This document shows positions 47,647 to 56,882 of a stretch of 59,965 bases of DNA, piece after piece. The DNA is from a bacterium (GTDB taxonomy: Bacteria > Desulfobacterota > DSWW01). The notes beneath the pieces were generated by a model that made no database searches, was not told the origin of the DNA, and saw only the letters and a program-made list of their open reading frames with translations. The first letter of the stretch is position 1, and the number at the start of each line of letters is the position of its first letter. The stretch is taken from positions 1 through 59,965 of the forward strand of contig JBFLZG010000029.1 of the NCBI GenBank assembly GCA_040756235.1, read 5' to 3'. A program made the translations under genes and the position numbers.

Positions 47647-50388
47647 ATGAGAGCGAAGAAACCAGTGTCCGAGCGTGGTCAAGCCGCGAACAGGAACGGG
47701 AGGTCCGGACCGGGCGGGAAGGGCAAGCGCGCAGAGGGGGGGTGGCGGCAGAGCGAGGAGCGGATGCGGCGCGTGCAGGAGATGGCCCATCTCGGCATCT
47801 GGGAGCTGGATCTCCTGGAAAACCGTCTCACCTGGTCGGATGAAGTCTACCGGATTTTCGGGCTCGAGCCTCAGGAGTTCGACGCCACTTACCAGGCGTT
47901 CCTCGAGGCCGTTTACCCGGACGATCGCGCAGCCGTGGACGCGGCATACTCCGGTTCGCTGCGTGAGGGAAGGGACGCCTACGAGATCGAGCACCGCATC
48001 GTGCGGAGATCGAGCGGCGAGGTCCGCATCGTTCACGAGAAGTGCGAGCACCTCCGCAACTCGTCCGGCCGGATCGTCCGATCGATAGGGATGGTGCATG
48101 ACATCACGGAGCGGAAGCGGCTGGAAGAAGAGCTCCAGAGAGAGCGTGAATGGCTGCGGGTCACGCTCTCCAGCATCGGCGACGCGGTGATTGCGGCCGA
48201 TCTGGCCGGCCGCATCACCTTCCTCAACCCCGCTGCGGCCTCGCTCACCGGCTGGACCTGCGAAGAGGCCTTGGGCCGGCCCGCCGGGAGCGTGTTCCGC
48301 ATCGTTAATGAAAAGACCGGGGAGCCCGGCGAGGACCTGGTGGCGCGGGTGCTGCGGGAGAAACGCGTGGTGCTCCTGGCCAATCACAGCAGCCTGGTCA
48401 CCAGAGAGGGTGGCCAAATCCCGATCGAGGACAGCGCGGCGCCCATCCTTGACGCGGCCGGTGACGTGACCGGCGTGGTGCTCGTGTTCCGCGATGTCAC
48501 CGACAAGCGGCGCGCCCAGGAGGCCCTGCGGAGCAGTGAGGAGCGCTACCGCGGCCTCTTCAACACCATGAGCGAAGGCTTCGCCGTCCATGAGATCGTG
48601 ACCGACGAGAACGGCCGCCCCTGCGATTACCGCTTCCTGGACATCAACCCGTCCTTCGAGCGGCTGACCGGCTTCAAGCGCGGCGAGGTCATCGGCAAGC
48701 GGGTGACCGAAGTGCTGCCGGCGCTCGAGCCGGGCTGGATCGAGACCTATGGCAAGGTGGCGCTCACCGGTGAGCCCGTGCACTTCGAGAACTACGCGGC
48801 CCCGCTCGGGCGGTGGTATGAAGTCCTGGCTTACCGGCCTGCGCCGCGCCAGTTCGCCGTCGTCTTTATGGATGCCACGGAGCGCAAGCGCTCCGAGGAG
48901 CGGCTGCTCCGGGCCAAGCAGGAGTGGGAGCGCACCTTCGACAGTGTGCCGGACCTGATCGCGATCCTGGACAAGCAACACCGCATCGTGCGCGTGACTC
49001 GCGCGATGGCCGACCGGCTGGGGGTGACGCCCGAGCAGTGCCAGGGGCAGAACTGCTTCAGGTGCGTGCATGGCTCTTCCGGCCCGCCCGAGTTCTGCCC
49101 GCACAGCCGAACGTTGAGGGATGGGCAGGAGTGTATCGTGGAAGTGCACGAGGAGCGCCTGGGCGGCGATTTCCTGGTCAGCACGACGCCGCTCGTGGAT
49201 GAGCAGGGCCATGTCGCAGGCACGGTGCACGTGGCCCGCGACATCACCCTCCGCAAACAGGCCGAGGAGGTGGTGAGAAGAGCTCGTGACGAGCTGGAGA
49301 CCCGGGTCCTCGAGCGCACGGCGGAGCTGAAAGAAACGGTCGACGCCCTGGATGCCGAACGGCGGCGCTTCGACGAGGTGCTGGAAACCCTGCCGGCCTA
49401 CCTGATCCTGTTGACTCCCGATTACCACGTGCCCTTTGCCAACCGCTTCTTCCGGGAGCGCTTCGGCGATTCCCAGGGCCGGCGCTGCTACGAGTACCTG
49501 TTCGGCCGCACCGAGCCGTGCGAGATTTGCGAGACCTACACCGTTCTCAAGACCATGGCGCCCCATGAATGGGAGTGGACCGGCCCGGACGGGCGGATCT
49601 ACTTCATCTACGACTTCCCCTTCACCGACGTGGACGGCTCCACCCTCATCCTGGAGATGGGCATCGACATCACCGAACGCAAGCAGGCGGAAGAGCGATT
49701 GAAGGAGTCCGAGAAACAGCTCCGCTATCTCTCGTCGGAGCTGTTGACCGCCCAGGAGCGAGAGAGAAGGCGGATCGCGGGCGAACTGCACGACAGCGTT
49801 GCGGCGTCCCTGGGCGCCGTCAAGTACAGCATCGAAAGGCTCCTGGTCGGCGGCCATCAGGACGAGCGCTCGCAGGAGGGGTCGAGGGACATCCTTGCCA
49901 AGGTTCAGCAGACGATCCGGGAAACCCGGAGGATCATGTCCGACCTGCGCCCCTCGATGCTGGACGATCTGGGAATCCTCCCGGCCATCCAGTGGTTTTG
50001 CCGGGAATTCGAGAAGACCTATGCCGGCATTCTCATCGAGAAGCGGATCGAGATCGAGGAGAACGAGATTCCGGATTCCCTGAGAACTCCGGCTTTTCGC
50101 ATTCTCCAGGAGGCCTTGAACAACATCGCGAAACACAGCAGGGCAACCTCTGTGAGTCTGTCCCTGCAGAAATCGGATGAACGCATCGAGCTGAGCATCC
50201 GGGACAACGGGCGGGGATTCGATGCCCAGTCGAAGGTGCAGGCCCGCAAGCTCGGAAGCGGGCTGGGGCTCGTCAGCATGAGAGAACGGGCCGAGCTTTC
50301 GGGCGGATCCTTCGCGATCGACTCCCAACCGGGAGCGGGTACGGCCGTCCGGGTGTCGTGGCCCCGTGGGGATGGTTCGGGTTCGTGA
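47647..50388 (+). CDS. Cytoplasmic multi-PAS sensor histidine kinase (HisKA_3 type)
   Basis: Five PAS/PAC units ending DITERK-like; ERRRIAGELHD, LRPSMLDDLG, QEALNN, DNGRGF, GLGL..MRER; start uncertain. Confidence 0.92.
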   Translation: MRAKKPVSERGQAANRNGRSGPGGKGKRAEGGWRQSEERMRRVQEMAHLGIWELDLLENRLTWSDEVYRIFGLEPQEFDATYQAFLEAVYPDDRAAVDAAYSGSLREGRDAYEIEHRIVRRSSGEVRIVHEKCEHLRNSSGRIVRSIGMVHDITERKRLEEELQREREWLRVTLSSIGDAVIAADLAGRITFLNPAAASLTGWTCEEALGRPAGSVFRIVNEKTGEPGEDLVARVLREKRVVLLANHSSLVTREGGQIPIEDSAAPILDAAGDVTGVVLVFRDVTDKRRAQEALRSSEERYRGLFNTMSEGFAVHEIVTDENGRPCDYRFLDINPSFERLTGFKRGEVIGKRVTEVLPALEPGWIETYGKVALTGEPVHFENYAAPLGRWYEVLAYRPAPRQFAVVFMDATERKRSEERLLRAKQEWERTFDSVPDLIAILDKQHRIVRVTRAMADRLGVTPEQCQGQNCFRCVHGSSGPPEFCPHSRTLRDGQECIVEVHEERLGGDFLVSTTPLVDEQGHVAGTVHVARDITLRKQAEEVVRRARDELETRVLERTAELKETVDALDAERRRFDEVLETLPAYLILLTPDYHVPFANRFFRERFGDSQGRRCYEYLFGRTEPCEICETYTVLKTMAPHEWEWTGPDGRIYFIYDFPFTDVDGSTLILEMGIDITERKQAEERLKESEKQLRYLSSELLTAQERERRRIAGELHDSVAASLGAVKYSIERLLVGGHQDERSQEGSRDILAKVQQTIRETRRIMSDLRPSMLDDLGILPAIQWFCREFEKTYAGILIEKRIEIEENEIPDSLRTPAFRILQEALNNIAKHSRATSVSLSLQKSDERIELSIRDNGRGFDAQSKVQARKLGSGLGLVSMRERAELSGGSFAIDSQPGAGTAVRVSWPRGDGSGS

Positions 50389-50463
50389 CCTGTCGGTAGG
50401 GTGACACGGCCGCTGGCGGCCTGTCCGCCGGACCGCTCGAACGGCCGTGGTGCAGCCCGCCTG

Positions 50464-50490
50464 GAAGGGCGACGCGTGCGTCGCCCCTAC
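50464..50490. repeat. GTAG-type REP palindrome
   Basis: GAAGGGCGACGCGTGCGTCGCCCCTAC; related copy at 52675-52698; degenerate GTAGG partner at 50396. Confidence 0.7.
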
Positions 50491-50512
50491 AAGAGCCGCG
50501 GTTTTCATTCCG

Positions 50513-50541
50513 TTGCAACCCCCCGAGAATCCGTATACCAT
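50513..50541 (+). promoter_or_regulatory. Possible sigma70 promoter for trpBA
   Basis: TTGCAA-N17-TACCAT about 50 bp before the GTG start. Confidence 0.4.
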
Positions 50542-50592
50542 GACGCCCCTGCGTGAGGAGCGGAACGTAGGGAGTCAGCGAGGGAGTCGGCC

Positions 50593-51783
50593 GTGAGGGA
50601 CAAGGGAAAATTCGGCCGTTACGGAGGCGTCTTCGCACCCGAGGTCCTCATGCCGGTCCTCGAGGAGCTCGAAGAAGCTTTCTACAGGTACCGCAGCGAC
50701 AAGGCCTTCGCGGCCGAGCTCAAGGTGCTCCTCGAGCGGTATGCCGGGCGGCCCACCCCGCTCACGTTGGCGCAGAACCTGAGCCGCAAGGCGGGCGGCT
50801 GCCGCATCTACCTGAAGCGCGAGGACCTGCTGCACGGCGGTGCGCACAAGACCAACAACTGCCTCGGCCAGGCCCTGCTCGCCCGCCACATGGGCAAGAG
50901 ACGGCTCATCGCCGAGACGGGCGCCGGCCAGCACGGGTTCGCCACCGCGATGGTGGGCGCCCTGTTCGGCTTCGAAACCGTGATCTACATGGGTGAGGAG
51001 GACACGCATCGCCAGAAGATGAACGTCCTGCGCATGCGGCTTTGCGGCGCCGAGGTGGTCCCGGTGGCGACGGGTTCCAGGACCCTGAAGGACGCGGTCA
51101 ACGAGGCCATGCGGGACTGGAGCGCCCACGTCCAGGATACGTTCTATCTGTTCGGCACCACGGCCGGCCCGCACCCGTTCCCGACCATGGTCAAGCATTT
51201 TCAGAGCGTCATCGGCCGCGAGGCCTTGCGGCAGGTCCGGAGCCTGGAAGGGAGACTGCCCGACGCGGTCGTGGCCTGCGTGGGCGGAGGGAGCAATGCT
51301 CTCGGGATCTTCAACGCTTTCCTGGCCCATTCGGGAGTGAAGCTCTACGGTGTGGAGGGCGCGGGCGAGGGGCTCGACGGCGACCGGCACAGCGCCACCC
51401 TCAGCCGGGGCACGGACGGCGTGCTGCACGGCGCCTACACCCGCATCCTGCAGGACGCGGACGGCCAGATCCGGGAAGCGTGGTCGATCTCGGCGGGTCT
51501 GGACTATCCGGGCGTGGGCCCGGAGCACAGCCACCTCCGGGAGACCGGAAGGGTCCGCTACGTGGGGGCGACCGACCGGGAAGCCCTGGACGCGTTCGTT
51601 CTGCTCAGCCGGACCGAAGGCATCATCCCGGCGCTGGAGTCGTCCCATGCCATCGCCTATGCCCTGAAGCTCGGCCGCAAGCTGGGCCGGGACGCGGTCA
51701 TCGTCGTCAATCTCTCGGGCAGAGGGGACAAAGACCTCGAGCACGCCCAGGCAGCGCTCCGGGCGGCCGGGAGGGATCTGTAG
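50593..51783 (+). CDS. trpB: Tryptophan synthase beta chain
   Basis: [53 protein letters not shown]. Confidence 0.97.
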   Translation: MRDKGKFGRYGGVFAPEVLMPVLEELEEAFYRYRSDKAFAAELKVLLERYAGRPTPLTLAQNLSRKAGGCRIYLKREDLLHGGAHKTNNCLGQALLARHMGKRRLIAETGAGQHGFATAMVGALFGFETVIYMGEEDTHRQKMNVLRMRLCGAEVVPVATGSRTLKDAVNEAMRDWSAHVQDTFYLFGTTAGPHPFPTMVKHFQSVIGREALRQVRSLEGRLPDAVVACVGGGSNALGIFNAFLAHSGVKLYGVEGAGEGLDGDRHSATLSRGTDGVLHGAYTRILQDADGQIREAWSISAGLDYPGVGPEHSHLRETGRVRYVGATDREALDAFVLLSRTEGIIPALESSHAIAYALKLGRKLGRDAVIVVNLSGRGDKDLEHAQAALRAAGRDL

Positions 51784-52599
51784 ATGTCCCGGTACGCAGC
51801 GGCGTTCGAGTCTTTGCGGGCCAGAAAAGAGAAGGCCTTCATCCCGTTCTTCGTCCTGGGCGACCCCGACTACGCGACCTCCCTCGAGGTGATCCGGGCC
51901 GCTCTCAGAGGCGGAGCGGACATGCTGGAGCTCGGCATCGGCTTCTCGGATCCGATGGCGGACGGTCCCACCATCCAGGCCGCGGACCTGAGGGCCCTCA
52001 AGGCTGGCATGACCGTGGCCCGCTGCTTCCAGCTCGTCCGCGAGGTCCGTTCCTTCTCGGACGTGCCGATCGGGCTCCTGGTCTACTGCAACCTGATCTA
52101 CCGCAGAGGAGTCGAGCGCTTCTTCCGCGAGGCGAGCGCGGCGGGAGTCGACGGCATCCTCGCAGCCGACGTGCCGGTGGAGGAGGCCTCTCCGTTCCTG
52201 AAGGCGGGCGAACGGTGGGGCGTGGACCCGATCTTCATGGTCACGCCGGCCACCACCCCAAAGCGGCTCGAGGCGATCCTGTCCTGCGCCAGAGGCTTCC
52301 TCTACATGGTCGCGCTCCTGGGCGTCACCGGCGCCCGCGGGAGCCTGCATCCGGCCGCGCTCAAGCTCCTCAGGAGAGTGCGTTCCCACACGGACCTGCC
52401 GGTCTGCGCCGGTTTCGGGATCTCCCGCCCCGAGCACGTGCGCACCCTCGCCCGCTCCGGCGCGGACGGAGCGATCGTGGGCAGCGCCGTGGTCGATATC
52501 CTCGCCCGCAACCTCTCCAGCAAGCCGCGCATGGTCCGCGAGGTCGGCTCCTACGTGCGCCGCATGAAGGCCGAGACGATCCTTCGCCGCGGGCGCTGA
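51784..52599 (+). CDS. trpA: Tryptophan synthase alpha chain
   Basis: LELGIGFSDPMADGPTIQ, GVTGAR, GFGIS, DGAIVGSA. Confidence 0.96.
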   Translation: MSRYAAAFESLRARKEKAFIPFFVLGDPDYATSLEVIRAALRGGADMLELGIGFSDPMADGPTIQAADLRALKAGMTVARCFQLVREVRSFSDVPIGLLVYCNLIYRRGVERFFREASAAGVDGILAADVPVEEASPFLKAGERWGVDPIFMVTPATTPKRLEAILSCARGFLYMVALLGVTGARGSLHPAALKLLRRVRSHTDLPVCAGFGISRPEHVRTLARSGADGAIVGSAVVDILARNLSSKPRMVREVGSYVRRMKAETILRRGR

Positions 52600-52633
52600 C
52601 GGACGAGGAACTTCGCCGTTACGCCATCCCGGG

Positions 52634-52698
52634 GTGGGGCAGGTTTCACCCTGACCTGACACTGCATTCTTCCTGTAGGGCCGACGCGTGCGTCGCCC
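52634..52698. repeat. Two GTAG-type REP remnants
   Basis: GTGGGGCAGGTTTCACCCTGACC and GTAGGGCCGACGCGTGCGTCGCCC. Confidence 0.6.
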
Positions 52699-52859
52699 GC
52701 CGCTGGACTTCGAGTCTTTACGGAAAGCTCCTTCCGATGAGGCCGGCAGCGGCTTGGTCCTGCCCTGCCACCACCCAAGAGACTTCCCGGCGCATCCAAG
52801 AGAGTCGGGGGCTGAAAACGTTTGTCTGTGTGCAGCACGCCGTGGGGAGGAGGACCAGG

Positions 52860-53645
52860 ATGGGCGCGCGAGCGATCTGGAGCGGGAAGATCCGGTTCGA
52901 GAAGCTGGAGCTGCCGGTAAAGCTCTATTCGGCCGTCGAAGACCGCGGCGTCCACTTCCGTCTGCTCCACGACAAGGACCGCCAGCCGGTCCATCAGACC
53001 ATGGTCAACTCGAAGACCGGCCAGGAGGTCCCCAAGGAGCGCGTGCGCAAGGGCGTGGAGGTGGAGCCCGGAGCCTTCGTGCTGATCGGCGAGACGGATG
53101 CGGAGCGGCTCGAACCCGAGGCTTCGCGCGAGATCGAGATCGAAAGGTTCGTGGACCCCGATGAGATCGGCCACCAGTGGTACGATCGGCCCTACTACCT
53201 GGGCCCGGCAGAGGGCGACGATCAGGCCTACTGGAACTTCGTGGAGGCGCTGCAGCGCTCGGGCAAGGAAGGCGTGGCCCGCTGGGTGATGCGCAAGAAG
53301 CCTTACGTGGGAGCCCTGCGCATCGAGAACGGTCATCTCATGCTGATCACGCTCCACTTCGACCAGGAGGTGATCCTGGCCGAAGACCTGGAGCCTCCCC
53401 CGGGGCGCGAGCTCGATAAAAAGGAGCTCGCGATGGCTGGAGAGCTCGTGAAGGCCATGGCAGACCGGTTCGAGCCTGAGAAGTTTCGGGACGAGTTTCG
53501 CAACCGCGTAATGGAGTTGGTCGAAGCCAAGGCGAAGGGCAGGAAGCTGAAGCTGGTCAAGCCGGAAAAGAAGGCCGGCAGGAGCTCCCTGGCCGGGGCC
53601 CTGCAAGCGAGCATCGCGGCGGCAAGGAAGGCCAAGCATGCCTGA
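52860..53645 (+). CDS. ku: Non-homologous end-joining protein Ku (paralog 1)
   Basis: RAIWSGKI.F..LPVKLYSA, YDRPYYLGP, VMRKK, F.PEKFRDEF; GAGGAGG RBS. Confidence 0.92.
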   Translation: MGARAIWSGKIRFEKLELPVKLYSAVEDRGVHFRLLHDKDRQPVHQTMVNSKTGQEVPKERVRKGVEVEPGAFVLIGETDAERLEPEASREIEIERFVDPDEIGHQWYDRPYYLGPAEGDDQAYWNFVEALQRSGKEGVARWVMRKKPYVGALRIENGHLMLITLHFDQEVILAEDLEPPPGRELDKKELAMAGELVKAMADRFEPEKFRDEFRNRVMELVEAKAKGRKLKLVKPEKKAGRSSLAGALQASIAAARKAKHA

Positions 53646-54456
53646 GCCCGAGGGTGAGAACGGGAACGAGAACGGCGGCGGCGTGCGCCCGATCTGGTCC
53701 GGGACCATCAGCTTCGGGCTGGTGAACGTGCCGGTGAACCTCTACCCGGCCCTGCGGCCGTATGGGGTGCGGCTCAGGATGCTGGACGAGGACGGGACCC
53801 CGCTGAGCCGCAAATACGCCTGTCCGGCCGACGGCAAGCAGGTCGATTCCGACGAGATCGTGCGGGGCTACGAAATCGAAAAGGGCAAGTTCATCACCAT
53901 CCAGGATGAGGAGCTGGAGGCGCTGGAGCCGCAAAAGTCCAGGGACATCGACCTCCGTCAGTTCGTGGACGCGGCCGAGATCGAGCCGTTTCTGTTCAAG
54001 CGGCCCTACTTCATCACGCCGTCCGGCGGGTCGAACAAGGCCTACCGGCTCCTGGCCAGGGTCATGGACGAGCAGAACAAGGCGGGAGTCGCCACCTTCG
54101 TCATGCGGGACAAGGAGTATCTGGTGGCGATCCTCTCAGAGCACGGCATTCTCAGGGCTGAGATCCTGAGATTCGTGGACGAAGTCAGGCTCCCCGAGAA
54201 CGTCGGGTTGCCGGAAAAAAGGCCTGCGGACCCGAAAGAGGTCGCCAGGATCGAGAAGGCGATCCGCAAGAAGGTGCAAAGCCGGCTCTCCCGGGCGGAG
54301 CTGAAGGACCGCCACACGGAAAAGATGCTCGCTCTCATCCGGCGCAAGCTGCGCGAGAATCGGGACGTGGTCCGGAGCGAGCCGACGCCCGAGGCGGAAG
54401 CCGAGGTCGTGGACCTGATGGCCGTGCTCAGGGAGAAGATGGCCCGGGCCGCGTAG
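53638..54456 (+). CDS. ku: Non-homologous end-joining protein Ku (paralog 2)
   Basis: RPIWSGTISFGLVNVPV.LY, IVRGYE, RPYFI.P, AYRLL, FVMRDKEY, VVDLMAVL. Confidence 0.93.
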   Translation: MPEPEGENGNENGGGVRPIWSGTISFGLVNVPVNLYPALRPYGVRLRMLDEDGTPLSRKYACPADGKQVDSDEIVRGYEIEKGKFITIQDEELEALEPQKSRDIDLRQFVDAAEIEPFLFKRPYFITPSGGSNKAYRLLARVMDEQNKAGVATFVMRDKEYLVAILSEHGILRAEILRFVDEVRLPENVGLPEKRPADPKEVARIEKAIRKKVQSRLSRAELKDRHTEKMLALIRRKLRENRDVVRSEPTPEAEAEVVDLMAVLREKMARAA

Positions 54457-54480
54457 CAGACCGTTCGTGTTGCAGGATTT

Positions 54481-54508
54481 GTAGGGCAGGTTTGAAACCT
54501 GCCCCTGC
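54481..54508. repeat. GTAG-type REP hairpin
   Basis: GTAGGGCAGGTTTGAAACCTGCCCCTGC. Confidence 0.7.
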
Positions 54509-54603
54509 CATTGGGCGTGCAGGGGATCTGCTTGCTGCGCCCGTCCCGCGACCCAGGAGCCTCCCCAAGAACATCATGGAACAGGGACTGGATTCCGGCC
54601 TCC

Positions 54604-54810
54604 GAGGCTGTGTCATAAATCCGGTCAGACCCTCGTGCGACCACCCATTCCGGACTCGGAGGCGCGGCCGCATGATTTCCGTCATTCCGGCGAAGGCCGG
54701 AATCCAGTCCCTGCGCCCAGTTACCACAGCTGGTCCTGGTGCACCCTTCTGGATCCCGGCTCGCACGCGCTCCGCACATGGGCCGGGATGACGAATTGTG
54801 ATACAGCCTC
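54604..54810 (+). mobile_element. MITE family B, complete 207-bp copy inserted in a REP loop
   Basis: TIRs GAGGCTGTGTCATAA / TTGTGATACAGCCTC (13/15); flanks CTGGATTCCGGC-CTCC and CTGC-GCCGGAATGAC rebuild one REP with a near 4-bp duplication. Confidence 0.88.
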
Positions 54811-54854
54811 CTGCGCCGGAATGACGGAGAACCGTTTACGGCTCCCGATTCCGG

Positions 54855-54883
54855 TTGACAGGAATGCTCCGCTCCGCTATCCT
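54855..54883 (+). promoter_or_regulatory. Sigma70-type promoter
   Basis: TTGACA-N17-TATCCT. Confidence 0.55.
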
Positions 54884-55110
54884 AGGCGCCCAGTAGGCAA
54901 GCTTCTTCAGACGCTGCCTCTTTATTCTTCTTCTTAAGCCAGCCCTGTCTCGTAGGTCACGTTCAGCCGTTTTTTGTTTTTCTTTTTTTTTGACCCGATC
55001 CGATTTCATCCACTGGCGGCGTCTCGCATCCGGCAGCCCGCGTGGCTCCGGCAGCCCGTCCTCCGGCGGCCTGACCGCCCCAGGATGGTGGCGTTCTCAG
55101 GGGGGGGATT

Positions 55111-56688
55111 GTGCGACGAGTAGCATGCTGCGGTCCGGCGGCAAGCCGGGGACGGCGCCGCAAGGCTTCGACCCTGCAACCTGAGCCAATCTTGCTCCGC
55201 TCGATCGCCACACTCCGGCGCCGAACCGCGGGGCCCCTGCCGTCGCTTTCTTCAGCCGTGCTGCTGTTTCTTCTGGCGCTGGCGGCCTCTCCTCCGGGGC
55301 GGGCTCAGGACACGGATCCGCCTCCGGCCTGTGTGCCGGAGGACTTCCGGCGGCACGACCTGCTCGGGAAGATCGATTTTCTCTGCCTGGTCGTGGTCAA
55401 GGACGGCAAGGCCGAACCGCAACTGTTTTCGCAAGAAGGCCTGAGGGATGCGGGCCCGCTGCAGGTGGACGGCTACGTCTGCGGCGTGCTGGCCGGCTGC
55501 AAAGAAGAGATGATCATTCGGATCGACGGACGTCCGATGGTCCTCATGGAGGCGAGCGGCGCAAGGCTGGCTCCACTGGAGCGGCTCGGAGCTTATCTCG
55601 GGGGCGCGCCTGTCCCGCAGGCCCGCTGGGTCGGCACGCCGGAGCAGGGCCCGCAGAACGCGGTCCTTTCGCGGGCAGGCTACGCCTTGTTCCCCGCCGT
55701 GCCCGGGGAGGCCCTGTTTCCGGCCGACCGCTCCTCCATCGCCCTGGAGTGCGCCGGGAGGCGGACCGAGATTCCGGTGGTGCAGAGGGGCTACCGAGAA
55801 GTGCCCGTCGAGGCTGCGGCTTCCGCCCCGTCCGGCGGTCCGACAGTCCGCTGCCTGGGCATCGAGCCGGGCGGCGCGACCCCGGCAGCCGCGGCAGACT
55901 TCGAGCGGCGGCTCCAGGCCGTGCACCAGGGAATCGACCGCGTGGAGCGCCTCTTCGGCGCCGGCAGCATCGTCCGGTCGATCAATCTGCTCGGCTACGG
56001 CGAGCACCGAAATGCCCTCACCAAGGCCGGGGACCGCGACGTCTGGTTCTACGAGAGGGCTTTCTTCGAAGAGCCGCTGGATGAGCTCCAGGCGATGGCG
56101 GAGCATGAGGCCCTCCACATCCATGTGGAACGGCTGGGGCTGACTCACAAGACCGGAGTGCGCGAGCTCTTCGCCGATCTGAAGGGCTATGATCTTCTTT
56201 CCATGGAGCGGTTCCGGCTCTTCATGACAGGGGATGTCGCCGGCTCGAGCCAGGGGCCCGGGCCTGAGCCAAGCCTCTTCTTCGCGTTCATCGACGAGAG
56301 GAATTTTCTCGCACCGCTCAAAGGCGGGCATGCACACGAGGACCTCGACGAGTTCTGCACTTCCTTCCTGCACTCCCTCATGTTCGACGAGCGTCTGGAG
56401 CCCAACCTGGACAAATCCCTCAGGGTTCGATCCGGGGAGGCGCTGCGCTGTCTGGAGCCTCAGGAGAAAGGATTTCTCCTGAGCTGCTACCGGAGGACGC
56501 TGGAAACCTTGCTCCGGGCTGCAGCCGAGCCAGGCTGCGATTGTGCACCCTGTAACGCCACTCGATCTCTCCTCATGCGCGGAATCCGAACTGCAAGCTC
56601 CTTGGAGGATCGCTCCGAGCCCGGCGCCGGCAGGTTGCTCATAGGTGCCACTGCTACGGAAGCTTCCACCGACTCACCATCCCTCTGA
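55111..56688 (+). CDS. Exported hypothetical protein with HExxH zinc-metallopeptidase-like motif
   Basis: Signal-like AVLLFLLALAASPPGRA; EHEALHIH and later GHAHEDLDEF; start uncertain. Confidence 0.62.
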   Translation: MRRVACCGPAASRGRRRKASTLQPEPILLRSIATLRRRTAGPLPSLSSAVLLFLLALAASPPGRAQDTDPPPACVPEDFRRHDLLGKIDFLCLVVVKDGKAEPQLFSQEGLRDAGPLQVDGYVCGVLAGCKEEMIIRIDGRPMVLMEASGARLAPLERLGAYLGGAPVPQARWVGTPEQGPQNAVLSRAGYALFPAVPGEALFPADRSSIALECAGRRTEIPVVQRGYREVPVEAAASAPSGGPTVRCLGIEPGGATPAAAADFERRLQAVHQGIDRVERLFGAGSIVRSINLLGYGEHRNALTKAGDRDVWFYERAFFEEPLDELQAMAEHEALHIHVERLGLTHKTGVRELFADLKGYDLLSMERFRLFMTGDVAGSSQGPGPEPSLFFAFIDERNFLAPLKGGHAHEDLDEFCTSFLHSLMFDERLEPNLDKSLRVRSGEALRCLEPQEKGFLLSCYRRTLETLLRAAAEPGCDCAPCNATRSLLMRGIRTASSLEDRSEPGAGRLLIGATATEASTDSPSL

Positions 56689-56882
56689 GCCGTCCTGCCG
56701 CCCGGCGGGCGCGTTCGGCGACATCCGCCCGACGGCCGACATCTAAAATAAATAATGAGACACGAAGGAGCGGAAGCGGCCTCGCAGGGGTGGTATGCCC
56801 GTGCCACGGGTTCATATACCGCCTTCAGTAGGAGCAAGAAATCCATACCCAAGTCATCACATCATCAAGGGAGTCAGAAAAC

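Noticed and set aside
50541..50592. trp attenuator or leader peptide (and a thr leader before thrC at 28344-28470)
   Set aside because: No Trp- or Thr/Ile-rich leader ORF or T-box was seen; the hairpins present are REP-like.
51042..52859. Apparent 600-aa N-terminal extension of Ku (867-aa ORF)
   Set aside because: It overlaps trpB and trpA in another frame; Ku homology and an RBS begin at ATG 52860.
54428..54937. Small ORFs with recurring GLDSGLRRND / VIPAKAGIQ peptides (also 39066-39359, 41217-41468, 59466-59891)
   Set aside because: They are translations of the REP/MITE-B sequence, not a protein family.
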